Shown here one piece after another: positions 28,827 through 39,415 of a DNA stretch of 64,000 bases. This stretch comes from a virus. Location: positions 64,001-128,000 of IMG/VR virus record IMGVR_UViG_3300030419_004857. One strand, 5' to 3'. Position 1 is the first letter of the stretch, and every line of letters begins with the position of its first letter. The notes under the pieces were generated by a model that searched no databases, was not told where the DNA came from, and saw only the letters and a program-made list of their open reading frames with translations. A program made the translations under genes and the position numbers.

Positions 28827-29875
28827 TATACTAATCCTTCTAATTGAGGTACAAGTTCTGAGTGAATTTGTTGTATTGTCATCTCTCCGACATCTTTGGT
28901 AGATATTTCCGGGTAAACTATGTGAAACAGCCTCTCACACTTTTTAGTAATAGATTCTTTGGCTTTCTGACCAGCGGAATCGTTATCGCTTAAAATCACT
29001 ACGTTTAAGGCTCCAGAGGTTTCCAAAATTCTTGCCTGTGCATCGCTTAAGCTGGAACCAAACATCCCTACGCTGTTAGTGAGTCCCGCCTCGTGCAGCC
29101 TCCAGACATCTCCCTGTCCTTCGACTAGGATCACACTTCGAGTTTCTCTGATTTTATCTTTAGCCAACCAATACCCATAGAGCCACATGCCGGAATTAAA
29201 ACTTTTGGAATTGATCCATTTTCTTCCATTACAATTTTCCTCCTGTGACCTACCAACACACCCCACCATAAATTGATAGTCATCATCATATACAGGAGCA
29301 ACAACGCGATGTTTCATCTGCTTGGTGGTATCTGTACACACACCCACATCAAATTTTTCCAAAGTTTCTGTTTTGTACCCTCTATTAACATAATAGATGG
29401 CGGGTCTCTGTAGCATCTCTTTAACTTTTTGTCTTGGGATTCCACTAGTAGGACGGGGTTTTTCCTCATAAACATCCCTATAGATTTTTTCAAAATGATC
29501 TTTTGATAGTTTGCTTCCTTCTGTTTTAAGCTCCTGAGACGACGTATTAACAAATTCAATAGCAAATTCTACAGCGTCTTGAAAAGAAACGTCGTCTTCT
29601 TTTTGGGCGCTCAGAATACCTCTGATTAGCCCAATCGGACTGTGAACATATTTTTTTTCACACGAATGAGTCCAGCATCTCCAGCATCCAAAAAAAGAAC
29701 CTCTTTTAGTAGTTATAGTAAACGCTTCTGGATTATCAGCCCCCTCATGTATAGGACAAGATGTAGTTAGACGATCATAGCTTTCTACATACCTTATTCC
29801 AAAATAATCCAAAAGATCTTTCATTTTACAAGCGAGCTTTTCTGATAAAATTGTCAATTCTTTTTGTGTAATCAA
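28826..29875 (-). CDS. dnaG: DNA primase (Zn finger + TOPRIM)
   Basis: CPIH...C..C, ILVEGQGDV, SDNDSAG, KDVGE. Confidence 0.88.
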   Translation of the reverse strand: MITQKELTILSEKLACKMKDLLDYFGIRYVESYDRLTTSCPIHEGADNPEAFTITTKRGSFFGCWRCWTHSCEKKYVHSPIGLIRGILSAQKEDDVSFQDAVEFAIEFVNTSSQELKTEGSKLSKDHFEKIYRDVYEEKPRPTSGIPRQKVKEMLQRPAIYYVNRGYKTETLEKFDVGVCTDTTKQMKHRVVAPVYDDDYQFMVGCVGRSQEENCNGRKWINSKSFNSGMWLYGYWLAKDKIRETRSVILVEGQGDVWRLHEAGLTNSVGMFGSSLSDAQARILETSGALNVVILSDNDSAGQKAKESITKKCERLFHIVYPEISTKDVGEMTIQQIHSELVPQLEGLV

Positions 29876-31329
29876 AATGGACTCTCCTCAACACTGCCGC
29901 TGTCTGTTAAAAATCCTTCTTTGTGCTGATTAACACCAGCAGCAACCTCTCTTCTTGTCTCTTTTTCTATGATCTCAGCAGTTGAACCATGCATAGCAAT
30001 ATTGATATAGTCGTATTCTTCGAGACCGGGTCCATGTCTAGATTCAATTGGAATTAATTTTCTGTTTCCACTTTCCCCTTGGTCTTCAGCTATTTCTTCA
30101 TCCGACTTCCGCTTGAAAATTGAAAAACTACTGCACAGCCAAATCAATCTGTCGGACCCACTAACTACATCCGTAGATTCTTTGGTAATGCCGTCTCTGT
30201 TAAGCTGCACAAAAGAAAGGCATGGGCAATCATACTTAACGCAAAAGTTGTGAAGCTCTGTAATTTGAAATCCCAGAACCTGAAACTCCTGCATATTGTT
30301 ATTAATTTTGTCAGAAGTCATCAACTTTAAATAATCATATATAATCATGCAGTCATTTACACGACCATTTTCATCATACCCAACATTTTTTATAATCCAC
30401 CTTCTCATTATGGATAAGGTTTCTTCAAACGGCTTTCCCGCAATAGCTATGTAGCTCAGTGGGGCGTCTTTTAGTTTCTCTACTGCCTGACGAACCCTTT
30501 CTCTGGTTCCAGAGTTTTTAGCAAATGTACCTGCGGCTATATCATTAATATTAACGCCGCTATTTTTTGCTATCAATCTGTTCATATGATCTTCCTTGGA
30601 CATTTCTGTATCAAGATACAATACAGGAATACCAAGCGTTCCGGCAATGTGCAATCCAACATTTCCAGCCAACATGCTCTTACCAACCTTTGGTCTAGCT
30701 GCGATAAGATCTACACACTTTCTTCTGAAGCCACCACCAATCGCTGCGTCATATTTAGCAAAACCACTACTTAGACCCAAAATGTCTGATGGGTTTTCCT
30801 CCAAATGACGAATGTAATCTTCTACCTCGTCACCTAAGACTAGAGGCTTTTCTTCTACAGAACCATTTAAAGATGACGAAAGTTCGAATATAGGGGCTTC
30901 AGCAACGTTGATGATTTCATCAACAGTTTCGTCTCCGGTTACATCTGATATATCGGTTATGATCTGTTTGGCTTGAACGCTTATCTGTCTAGCGATTTCT
31001 AATTTCTTCAGCTTTACAGCGTGATGTCTGACATTCTCTAAGCCAATGTCAACACTAGACATGGCCTTAATGTGACTGCCTGAAATTTGATTTTCAAACC
31101 ACGAATCAAGTCCAAGGTCGTTAGCAGCACTCAGTATAGAGGGTAAATCAACGGTATCGCTATTATCTAGAACCTTTTTCACACACGCATATAAGATCTG
31201 GTTTTCTTCTAAGGTAAACGTATCAACAGTTATTATGTCGTCAATGTCAATGAAAGCATCTGAGCCGTGCTGTAGAATACCGGATAGTACGGCTCGTTCC
31301 GATGCCGAGTTGTTTATCGTTTTTGCCAT
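29872..31329 (-). CDS. dnaB: Replicative DNA helicase
   Basis: ERAVLSG, AARPKVGKS, DTEMS, YDYLKLM, QLNR, SRHGP. Confidence 0.92.
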   Translation of the reverse strand: MAKTINNSASERAVLSGILQHGSDAFIDIDDIITVDTFTLEENQILYACVKKVLDNSDTVDLPSILSAANDLGLDSWFENQISGSHIKAMSSVDIGLENVRHHAVKLKKLEIARQISVQAKQIITDISDVTGDETVDEIINVAEAPIFELSSSLNGSVEEKPLVLGDEVEDYIRHLEENPSDILGLSSGFAKYDAAIGGGFRRKCVDLIAARPKVGKSMLAGNVGLHIAGTLGIPVLYLDTEMSKEDHMNRLIAKNSGVNINDIAAGTFAKNSGTRERVRQAVEKLKDAPLSYIAIAGKPFEETLSIMRRWIIKNVGYDENGRVNDCMIIYDYLKLMTSDKINNNMQEFQVLGFQITELHNFCVKYDCPCLSFVQLNRDGITKESTDVVSGSDRLIWLCSSFSIFKRKSDEEIAEDQGESGNRKLIPIESRHGPGLEEYDYINIAMHGSTAEIIEKETRREVAAGVNQHKEGFLTDSGSVEESPF

Positions 31330-31778
31330 TACTTTCTCGTTACGCAGTTATCACACCTGTAGAAATCGCCAACAACCAGCGTCTCGTTAACTATAGTTTC
31401 GCTTCCACATAGATGACACTTCACTTCAACCGTTTTTACAGGATTTCTTGTTCGGGGAGTGGGAGTATATTCGGGAGTCTCTATGTCCCTTGCTTCTTCC
31501 CTGTCGTCAACGAACTGATTCTCTTTAACAACGATAGATTCCATTCTTGCCAGTCTTTTTTTACCCTCTTGCGGATTGTCAGTTTTTGATGGCGCTATAA
31601 AAGAATCTCCCGTGTGGGATTCTGAACTGGCTACTTCATCTGCGACAACGGTTTCTTCCTCGACATCTTCCTCACTAGGTGGATCAACAACTTCACCAGT
31701 TAATTGCGCAAAACCTTTAGAAACCATCTCCATATTATTATTTGCAATCCCCTTCTTAATTACATCTAGTGGTGTCAT
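31329..31778 (-). CDS. Hypothetical protein with C-terminal Zn ribbon
   Basis: CHLC...CDNC; stop/start overlap with dnaB. Confidence 0.7.
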   Translation of the reverse strand: MTPLDVIKKGIANNNMEMVSKGFAQLTGEVVDPPSEEDVEEETVVADEVASSESHTGDSFIAPSKTDNPQEGKKRLARMESIVVKENQFVDDREEARDIETPEYTPTPRTRNPVKTVEVKCHLCGSETIVNETLVVGDFYRCDNCVTRK

Positions 31779-32275
31779 GAATATGTTTTCCTTTTACTTA
31801 ATTCCATTAATGAGTCTGCCATTTTTCTAATGTCTCTAGTTTTATCTGTAAGCCAAAGAACTCTGGCTTCAACGTGCAATTTAATCTCATTTACTTTTCT
31901 AGCGAAATCGTTTCCTGCTATGGCCTGTTGATACTTCTGTTCATATTTGGTATACTTTGTTCCATACTGATCTATTTCTTTAGCGAGAATTCTCCACAGG
32001 GCGTTATTACACCATTCTAGTTTTGCTAGATTTTTATTATATACCCTTTGTATGTGACTACAGTAAGCGTATAAAAGATAAGCTACTTCAGCGCATTGTT
32101 CAGCGGTCAGATTTGAAATCTGGTCTGCTTTTAGAGACAAAACAAGCTCTACTTCGGGATTGACCTTTTTGTCAACAATTCCCTCGGAAGAAATATATTT
32201 TTCTGTAGTTGCTAAGAATTTCTCTAAGGATTCATCAGCGTTCAAGAATTGCTCTTTTCCATTCATCTTCATCAT
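31775..32275 (-). CDS. Helical hypothetical protein (possible UvsY-like recombination mediator)
   Basis: Coiled-coil character and position two genes after recA; the function is inferred only. Confidence 0.5.
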   Translation of the reverse strand: MMKMNGKEQFLNADESLEKFLATTEKYISSEGIVDKKVNPEVELVLSLKADQISNLTAEQCAEVAYLLYAYCSHIQRVYNKNLAKLEWCNNALWRILAKEIDQYGTKYTKYEQKYQQAIAGNDFARKVNEIKLHVEARVLWLTDKTRDIRKMADSLMELSKRKTYS

Positions 32276-32657
32276 CCGAATATTTAAAAATAACGATGGA
32301 TAAACTATTTAATTCGCACCATCTGATTTTGTCTCTGTCTCTAGCTTTAGACTTAAAGAATCCGGCTTTGGTTTTATGGTAAAACGGATTAAACTCATAG
32401 TGTTGCATTCCATGGGCTTCAACGATTAAATCGTGTGAAGGTAGAAAAAAGTCTGCATACAGAGTGGATTTACGGGTCAACGTCTGACTTCCGGGCAGAG
32501 TGACCTCTTCCAGAATTATAGATCGTGGAAACAGTTCTCGCAACACCAATCTAGACGCCCCGTGTAGGTTGGATCTGGGGCGGGTGCTGTCTTTTTTTGG
32601 GATATAATTAGAAAGATCCCAGTTCCTTTTTCTGCCATCAAATCCAACGGCTTTCAA
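32235..32657 (-). CDS. Vsr/DUF559-like endonuclease
   Basis: EE, ADFFLP, VEAHG.QHY, RDRDK..WC. Confidence 0.7.
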   Translation of the reverse strand: MKAVGFDGRKRNWDLSNYIPKKDSTRPRSNLHGASRLVLRELFPRSIILEEVTLPGSQTLTRKSTLYADFFLPSHDLIVEAHGMQHYEFNPFYHKTKAGFFKSKARDRDKIRWCELNSLSIVIFKYSDDEDEWKRAILER

Positions 32658-33733
32658 AACATAGACCCTATTTGCTTTTGCAGTATTTCTAATGTAATGG
32701 GGTAGTCGTTTAAAAATCTAACCACTTTATCCTGACCTTGGAATTGTAGAAATGATTTAACGGCCTTCTCATTTTCCATATCTATTTCGTTTTCTTCAAA
32801 TAGATGTTTGATCTGATCTTTGTTTTCAATCAAGTAATTGCAGGTGAACCAAGCGCCCGCCTTGCCTATAAGATCCAGATCTACAGCCATGATGAACAAT
32901 TCCTGAGTCATATCAATTCCATGACCGTATCTCAACCAACCTTGAGCTTCTCCACCGGGAAAACCGCCAGCCGCAGAGGTGAGAATCTTCCAGTTAATCA
33001 TTTGGCCGATTTGCTTACCGCCAGATTCCCACGGCTTTATATACTTAATTTCCAGTATATTGTCTGTTTGATATTGAATACCTCTACCGCCGTCTGCAAC
33101 CTTAGTTTTGCCAAAGCCAGAAGTGTTGGCGATTAGATGCGTTATCATGATTACTACTGCTCGCTGTTTTGGTACGATCCCGCCCAACTTCTTGGTCCAA
33201 TTTTTTAGAAGCTTTGGGAGTGATGGTCTGAACTGAGCGTTCACATCGTCAATCAATTCTTTTTCTGGTATTAAGGAAGAGATTGAATCTATAATTAATA
33301 CGCAATTTGGCGTCTGTTTAATGTAGGATTCTGCAATATTGAGATAATACTCTGCACTCATTGGCTCTTCATGAGTTCCTACAACTTTTATCCCGTCTCG
33401 ATTTAGTCCATGAACGCCTTCAAGATTCATAGCCTTTAGCCTACCTTCTGCGTTAAGGTAGATAATAGGTCTGCTACCATACTCTTTCTTTTGGCAGGTG
33501 GCGGCAAATTGTAATGCGGTAGTGGTTTTTCCACTTTTAGGGTCGCCGGTTAGAGTCACCCAACTCCCCTCTTTAATTCCGCCCCCCAAAGCTAGATCCA
33601 GTGCGGGGCTAAGCGGAATAGTTTTGAAGTTCTTAATTTCTTCAAATACGTCAGACCCACTCCTAACCACCTCTCCGTATTTCTTAATGATCTCTTTGGT
33701 TGTAGGGTCTTCAAGAAAAGTTTGTTTAGCCAT
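32654..33733 (-). CDS. recA: RecA-family recombinase
   Basis: LDLALGGG, GDPKSGKTT, AE, IIDSIS.L.P, GGRG, I.K.GAWF. Confidence 0.9.
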   Translation of the reverse strand: MAKQTFLEDPTTKEIIKKYGEVVRSGSDVFEEIKNFKTIPLSPALDLALGGGIKEGSWVTLTGDPKSGKTTTALQFAATCQKKEYGSRPIIYLNAEGRLKAMNLEGVHGLNRDGIKVVGTHEEPMSAEYYLNIAESYIKQTPNCVLIIDSISSLIPEKELIDDVNAQFRPSLPKLLKNWTKKLGGIVPKQRAVVIMITHLIANTSGFGKTKVADGGRGIQYQTDNILEIKYIKPWESGGKQIGQMINWKILTSAAGGFPGGEAQGWLRYGHGIDMTQELFIMAVDLDLIGKAGAWFTCNYLIENKDQIKHLFEENEIDMENEKAVKSFLQFQGQDKVVRFLNDYPITLEILQKQIGSMF

Positions 33734-34142
33734 CTAGTCCTCTTATCTTTTGAGTTAGTCCTTTTTTTCCATAAGGCTTCATCGGCCTTTTATCGGTATT
33801 GTCTTCGTACTTGCCATCCTTCTTTGGTTGATTGTCTATCCTTTTTTGCTCTTGAACAATCAATCCCTCCAAAGACTTTACCCTAAGAGAGTAGATACTT
33901 CTCCCTCTATCGGATTTTAATGCTCCTATGATGGCTTTGTCAGTATATTTTTTTAGGAGTTGGTAAGCTTTGGTAACTTGGCTTTTAAACTTGGACTGCC
34001 ATTTTTTAGTGTTCCATAGCTTATATCCGGGTCTGCCTTCGTTAAATCTTTCAGCCTCACGAAGACAAACCATTTCAGCAATATACTGAGCAGCGTTACA
34101 AGGTTGACCAGTGGTAACGTGCTTGTAGTTTTTATCAGTCAC
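33726..34142 (-). CDS. Basic hypothetical protein
   Basis: Overlapping operonic ORF. Confidence 0.7.
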   Translation of the reverse strand: MTDKNYKHVTTGQPCNAAQYIAEMVCLREAERFNEGRPGYKLWNTKKWQSKFKSQVTKAYQLLKKYTDKAIIGALKSDRGRSIYSLRVKSLEGLIVQEQKRIDNQPKKDGKYEDNTDKRPMKPYGKKGLTQKIRGLDG

Positions 34143-34587
34143 TCAAAATACCTTTTTTAGCAATCAATGATTCTTCTGATTCAATGGGGTCTCTTAACTC
34201 AACAGTCTCTGGAACAAGTTCGGGAAGTCGCCACTTTCTTACTTGCAGAGTATCACCGTTTAGGGTTCCTATAATAAAAGAGTGTACGGTTTCGTCCCCG
34301 AACAAAAAGGCTCCCGCTCCCTTGCAAAAGAAATATCCGTCACAATTAGATTCTATAGATTTCACATTTCCTTTGTTCCTAATCTTCATATCCGTAATGT
34401 GTAAATCGTTTTCTTCACAATAAATTTTCAACCTTATCCATGCACTCTCTGGATAGACATTGGGTCTATAATCATCCTGATACACAGATTCTCCATTTGA
34501 CAAAGTAACCATCCATATAGGATTAGAATCTGCATAAACGCTAACGTACTCATTTAGCTCTTTTGATACAAGATCATTACTCATCAT
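34135..34587 (-). CDS. Hypothetical protein
   Basis: Overlapping operonic ORF. Confidence 0.7.
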   Translation of the reverse strand: MMSNDLVSKELNEYVSVYADSNPIWMVTLSNGESVYQDDYRPNVYPESAWIRLKIYCEENDLHITDMKIRNKGNVKSIESNCDGYFFCKGAGAFLFGDETVHSFIIGTLNGDTLQVRKWRLPELVPETVELRDPIESEESLIAKKGILSD

Positions 34588-34897
34588 TCTTAGGGGTCCA
34601 AATGTGTCCGGTTCTGTCTATTTCGCTTGTTGTTTTTGTTGCGTCGGATAGTTCGGAAGCTGCTGGAGTCATAACGGAGACACCCTTTTTCCCCGTTGCG
34701 GTATTTGTTCCCATTAAGTTTCCAACAGTATGACCGTCTATTTTTTTTGAACCTTCTTCTTTTGTAGATGTCTTTAAATAGTTCTTGATAACTTTTTCAG
34801 ACCTATTCAAATCTTCTGCAAACTCTTTTAAAGAAGCCTCGTTGTTATCCAGATAGAACTTCTCTGCCTTATTGAGGGGACCACTTTTTTTAGACAT
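34577..34897 (-). CDS. Hypothetical protein, possible HTH
   Basis: SLKEFAEDLNRSEKVIKNYL resembles an HTH. Confidence 0.65.
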   Translation of the reverse strand: MSKKSGPLNKAEKFYLDNNEASLKEFAEDLNRSEKVIKNYLKTSTKEEGSKKIDGHTVGNLMGTNTATGKKGVSVMTPAASELSDATKTTSEIDRTGHIWTPKNDE

Positions 34898-35186
34898 TTG
34901 TTATGTAACTCCTTTCGGCTCTCGTAAACGAGTTCTTGCTTTTTGTTTTTAAATAGTGAGAATAAAAATCGAAGGTTTCTTTTGTAACTAGCTTAAATGA
35001 AAAGAACGCAGACATGGATCGCTCTTTTCCACTATCAATACCTGTAGGGTCAAACATTCTATTGTTTAAAAACTTAATAAAGTATAGTGTTTTATTCGGA
35101 TATTCCTTAATTTTTGCACAGCATTTCTGATCCTGTTCGTTGATTAGTTCACCATTCTTATCCAGATGCGTTACAGCTTCCATCAT
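34890..35186 (-). CDS. Hypothetical protein
   Basis: Operonic ORF with GGGGA RBS. Confidence 0.7.
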   Translation of the reverse strand: MMEAVTHLDKNGELINEQDQKCCAKIKEYPNKTLYFIKFLNNRMFDPTGIDSGKERSMSAFFSFKLVTKETFDFYSHYLKTKSKNSFTRAERSYITNV

Positions 35187-35192
35187 TATCCC

Positions 35193-35438
35193 CTAAGAAA
35201 TATAAAGATGTGTTACTCCGCCTTCGTTGTAGTCCATATCTTTAATCGATCTTTCGACACATGGACGTATGCGATATTCGCCTTCTAACACGGTTACCCA
35301 GCTTTCGCCACCGCAATCATCGACAGAGCAATGAGCTATGATTTTTTCAATTTTATCCGACTCATGAGATTTTGCCATCTCAACCAATTCTGCTCCGCAA
35401 TCGGCGCATTTTATAAATTTTATTAAACCGTCGTCCAT
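35193..35438 (-). CDS. Zn-ribbon hypothetical protein
   Basis: CADC...C....C; TAATG coupling. Confidence 0.65.
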   Translation of the reverse strand: MDDGLIKFIKCADCGAELVEMAKSHESDKIEKIIAHCSVDDCGGESWVTVLEGEYRIRPCVERSIKDMDYNEGGVTHLYIS

Positions 35439-35770
35439 TATTGCTTTCCGGTCCTGACGTATCGGTGTTTTTGACCATCACTCATATTATTGATGTCGGA
35501 AGAGGTTGCGCCCCCAGATTTATGATACCAAACTTCCTCCTTTTTGTCAACCTTTTTATCCTGACCGCCTCTCTTTTTTGCGTTCTGCTCTCCCAATTGT
35601 CCCAGAGTAGTCGCCTCTCCGTGAACAAAACCGCTAGTTCTCTCTATGACTCTTTGCAATTTGTGCTTCTTACATTCCGGGCATTTTTTTCGAGTTTTAT
35701 ACTCTCTCATCGGAATAACTTCGGAAAACCTGTGATCACAAGCATTGCATTTATATGCGTATTCTGGCAT
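35438..35770 (-). CDS. FmdB-family Zn-ribbon protein
   Basis: MPEYAYKCNACDHRF...CPEC...LQRVI. Confidence 0.85.
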   Translation of the reverse strand: MPEYAYKCNACDHRFSEVIPMREYKTRKKCPECKKHKLQRVIERTSGFVHGEATTLGQLGEQNAKKRGGQDKKVDKKEEVWYHKSGGATSSDINNMSDGQKHRYVRTGKQ

Positions 35771-35771
35771 T

Positions 35772-36113
35772 TTACCGTCCTAAATAATACAATAAACAAA
35801 ACTGTAATATTGACAATGTAATTGTAACAATCCAAGCATAACGTTTTTTCCAGTGGTATAAGAATATCAAAGCGCCTAAAGACGTGACTGTTCCCGCCAT
35901 CTTGATGCCCATAAAAAGAGCCACATCGCCTTGATCTAATTCTATAAGATATCTACCAATGGGATTTTCTTCGATTTGAGCTATGATATGTTGATTCTTA
36001 ATACACCAATACAAATCTACCGAAGAAATCAAACCTATAGACAGCCACAAAAGAGCAAAATAATACTTATGGTATTCCTTTGGTATTATGGGAGCTATAT
36101 GAAATTTACTCAT
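35772..36113 (-). CDS. Small 3-TM membrane protein (DUF5658-like)
   Basis: Hydrophobic helices; D...T/C...EENPIG...K motif. Confidence 0.6.
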   Translation of the reverse strand: MSKFHIAPIIPKEYHKYYFALLWLSIGLISSVDLYWCIKNQHIIAQIEENPIGRYLIELDQGDVALFMGIKMAGTVTSLGALIFLYHWKKRYAWIVTITLSILQFCLLYYLGR

Positions 36114-36756
36114 CTTCCAGTCGATCCAAAACTTTAGCTATAATTTTATTCCTGATTATATCGCATCTTTCTAATTCTACAAGCCCTACGCCTTTGAGAT
36201 TGTCCAATCTGTCTAAACACTCTTCCAGCCCCCCTTTAAGGTTTTGTGGAAGATCAGACTGTTCTATGTCGCCATTTATTACGCATTTAGATTGAGACCC
36301 CATCCTCGTAATCAACATCTTTATTTGTTCATACGTAGCGTTTTGTGCCTCATCTAGTATTATAAACGAATTATGGAAATTTCTCCCACGCATATACTCA
36401 AGTGGGCAAATTTCTACATGCTTTTCCTTGATAAGTCTTTCTGTAACCTGTGTTGACAAGTACATATTCATTTCTTCAAAAATAGGAACGAGATATGGAT
36501 GTATCTTGTCTTGAAAAGTTCCCGGTAGAAATCCCAACCCCTTACCCGATTCTACTACTGGTCTGGTAACTATTATTCTGTCTATTTTACCCTCCAGTAT
36601 CTGCCCACAGGCCACTCCCACAGCTATGGTAGTTTTACCAGTTCCCGCTGGACCTATACATATTGTTATATCAGAATCAATCATTTCTCTGATATATTTT
36701 GCTTGATTTTCTGTTTTTGGTTTAAGTTTTCTACCAGCGCGTTTTTTTCTTTGCAT
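36106..36756 (-). CDS. phoH: PhoH-family ATPase
   Basis: GPAGTGKT, TRPVVE, GFLPG, YMRGRNF, DEAQN, GDIEQSD. Confidence 0.95.
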   Translation of the reverse strand: MQRKKRAGRKLKPKTENQAKYIREMIDSDITICIGPAGTGKTTIAVGVACGQILEGKIDRIIVTRPVVESGKGLGFLPGTFQDKIHPYLVPIFEEMNMYLSTQVTERLIKEKHVEICPLEYMRGRNFHNSFIILDEAQNATYEQIKMLITRMGSQSKCVINGDIEQSDLPQNLKGGLEECLDRLDNLKGVGLVELERCDIIRNKIIAKVLDRLEDE

Positions 36757-36759
36757 ATG

Positions 36760-37206
36760 TTATTTACCTGATGAACCAAAACCGCCACTGCCTCTATCGG
36801 TTTCATTCAGGTCTACAACTTCCCGCAAATAAAAATTATCTACTTTTTGAATTAAAATTTGGGCTATCCTGTCCCCTGAATTAATCGTATAGGGACGGTC
36901 GTTACTGTTATATAAACAAACCTTAATTTCTCCTCTGTATCCAGAGTCCACAACTCCAGCAAATCTATGGATGCCTTTTACACCCATAGAAGATCTATCC
37001 CAAATAAGACCAGCATGGTTTCTTGGTAAAGCCATGGCTATTCCAGTTGGGATCAATTTAGATTCTTTAGGATTTAAAATTATCTCCTTTTCGGTACAAA
37101 CATACAAGTCAAAACCGGCGTCTGTTAAATTCGCTTTAGTGGGAATGGTTGCGTTTTGTTTTAGTCTTTGAACTTCAATCCCCCCCACCTCTGCTGAAAT
37201 TGCCAT
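36760..37206 (-). CDS. dut: dUTPase (trimeric)
   Basis: AGFDL, RSS, GVVDSGYRGE, GDRIAQ, RGSGGFGSSG. Confidence 0.96.
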   Translation of the reverse strand: MAISAEVGGIEVQRLKQNATIPTKANLTDAGFDLYVCTEKEIILNPKESKLIPTGIAMALPRNHAGLIWDRSSMGVKGIHRFAGVVDSGYRGEIKVCLYNSNDRPYTINSGDRIAQILIQKVDNFYLREVVDLNETDRGSGGFGSSGK

Positions 37207-37234
37207 CCGTTATCGCTCCTTGCTTAAGTTTAGA

Positions 37235-39415
37235 TTATATTTCACACTTTCCTCCAGCACATGCTATCTCATGTTCTGGCACTACATTATCTTCTTCCTC
37301 TATGCATTCGGTATAATCTACAGAAGAATAGGAGCGTTTAACGTCAACCCATTCTTTCCAATTGTAGACATCCTTCATGCAGTAAGTGAGACTTTTAATA
37401 TCACCATCCATATACTTATCAGCAAATCTTTGACATCTATCGGCCCAATCCTTCTTGCCGTTACCTTTAACCTTTTGACCAAGACCCAGCAAGGCATCGC
37501 AAGCAGCCCACAGATTGTCTTCCCATAAGTTCAACGCAACTTCAATTAACCCACTAACAAATACGGCTCCGTCTCCATAATGAGACACCATTTCGCTAGG
37601 TAAGTAAATAGTGGTGAAAGGAGCTTGGGGATAGTCTTTATCCCCGCTCACTGGAAGAAGTGAAACTCCACAGAAGTATCTACGATTCTTGTAGATGAAT
37701 TTTTCTACTTCGTCCCACTCTTCTGGTTTAACATTAATAGTGTTTGATACATTATGCTGTAAATACGATTGAACACAAAGAGAGTCGGTTTTTCCTACCA
37801 TAACCCAATTTTGCTGGGTGCTCTTAACATAATTTAGAAGACCGATGGCGCTGATCTTGTTCTTTAATTTGGACCCGTCTGGAACCTCTATACAGAAGGA
37901 TATCACATCATCAGAGTCATTAGCGGACCAGACTGATTCCTCACAGGCTCTAGGATTTGTCTTTCTGAAATGCTGGTAGATGTTTTCCATTTTATTAGCT
38001 TGCACACGTCTAATGTACCGCTTGGCGTGGTGTGGATGAATGCCGGAACTAGTACCAAGAATGCATGAAGCCGTACCTTCTGGCTTGATACATGTTGCCC
38101 TAGCGGCTTGATTGATACCAATAATTTTAGCTATTTCTTTGTTCGCTTTCTTGACCTCTCTCGCTCCTTCTTTTTGTATATCTGGGTCAAGACAAATTTT
38201 ATGTTGTTCCATTATGCCGGTCATTGAAACCCCAAGCAGAGCTTCACGCTTAAGGATCTTCTCTGTGATTTCTCCTAGATATGGCATGGATGTAAAGCCA
38301 GCTTGTAAAGTTCCTATTATGGATGCGGCTCTACAAGACTCTAGAAACTCTTTCTTAGTCTTGATCTTGGCGCAATTGATTGTGCTAAGATTACAAGCTT
38401 GCCAGCCCGTTTCTCCGGTTTCGTCGTCGATTGGATAAAGTCCAATTTCAACACAAGGATTGACAACAAATTCTGTAGAGTCTGCCCATACAAAACCCGG
38501 CTCTCCAAACTCCTTCACTGACTGCATCAAAGAAGAAAATTGTTCAGGAGTCGTTGAATCCCGTAGTAAAAGAGCAGAATTATTAGACCTGCCACGTTGA
38601 GGATTATCGTGAAACCAATTACCAGTCTTTGCCATTGCCATATCTTCATCGTCTGGCGAAAAAACACAAATCGTAGCACTTCTGCGTACACCGCCAGAAA
38701 TAACAGCGTCAGCAGCATGCATAACAACATCGTAGACATGAATTGGCTCCAATTTCTTTACACTGAATAACGCCTCTTTTATAGCCTTGTCTAAAACCTT
38801 TTTGATATTAGTAAGGGCTTTTTTAAGAGGCTCTGGACCGGGAGCTTTTCCTGAACTGGAGCTAAGATAAGATCCGGCAGGTCTGATTTCAGAAAAATCA
38901 AAGTTTACATTCTTCCCTTCGTATTCAGGAAACAGGCCACTATCCACAAAATAGCTGCTGACTAAAACTCCAACTGCGTCAGACCATCCCTCAATAGTAT
39001 CTGGTATTGTGTATTTTTTTGTGCCTTCTTTTTTAAGAATGATATCCGGTAATTTTTTTACGTGGTGTTTTTGAACCGAAAAGCCCACCCCGCAGCCACA
39101 CAATAAAAGATACATGCATTCCTGAAAAAATCGTGGTCTATCGGAAAACGATGCAATGCAATTATATACTCTAGCGTTATGCTTAACTATTGGAGAGCCT
39201 CCAAACTGTAAGGCTCTTTGTGATCCTAGAACTCTCTTTTTATACATCATATCATATGCCCATTCGATTTCCCCATTTGCTTCTGGGTACTGAGCATACA
39301 TCATGTTTTTAACTCTGTCTACTGACTCTTTCCAAGTCTCTCTTCTTTTTTTCTCTGGAATCCACCTTGCGTATTTACCGACAAAGGTGTAATTTTGCAA
39401 TTCCGTTAGCGACAT
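37235..39415 (-). CDS. nrdJ: Class II (B12-dependent, monomeric RTPR-type) ribonucleotide reductase
   Basis: KYARW...RETW.E, YNC, GGVRRSA, NPCVEI, CNL, KPEGTAS, C-terminal CAGGKCEI; no beta-subunit gene nearby. Confidence 0.88.
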   Translation of the reverse strand: MSLTELQNYTFVGKYARWIPEKKRRETWKESVDRVKNMMYAQYPEANGEIEWAYDMMYKKRVLGSQRALQFGGSPIVKHNARVYNCIASFSDRPRFFQECMYLLLCGCGVGFSVQKHHVKKLPDIILKKEGTKKYTIPDTIEGWSDAVGVLVSSYFVDSGLFPEYEGKNVNFDFSEIRPAGSYLSSSSGKAPGPEPLKKALTNIKKVLDKAIKEALFSVKKLEPIHVYDVVMHAADAVISGGVRRSATICVFSPDDEDMAMAKTGNWFHDNPQRGRSNNSALLLRDSTTPEQFSSLMQSVKEFGEPGFVWADSTEFVVNPCVEIGLYPIDDETGETGWQACNLSTINCAKIKTKKEFLESCRAASIIGTLQAGFTSMPYLGEITEKILKREALLGVSMTGIMEQHKICLDPDIQKEGAREVKKANKEIAKIIGINQAARATCIKPEGTASCILGTSSGIHPHHAKRYIRRVQANKMENIYQHFRKTNPRACEESVWSANDSDDVISFCIEVPDGSKLKNKISAIGLLNYVKSTQQNWVMVGKTDSLCVQSYLQHNVSNTINVKPEEWDEVEKFIYKNRRYFCGVSLLPVSGDKDYPQAPFTTIYLPSEMVSHYGDGAVFVSGLIEVALNLWEDNLWAACDALLGLGQKVKGNGKKDWADRCQRFADKYMDGDIKSLTYCMKDVYNWKEWVDVKRSYSSVDYTECIEEEDNVVPEHEIACAGGKCEI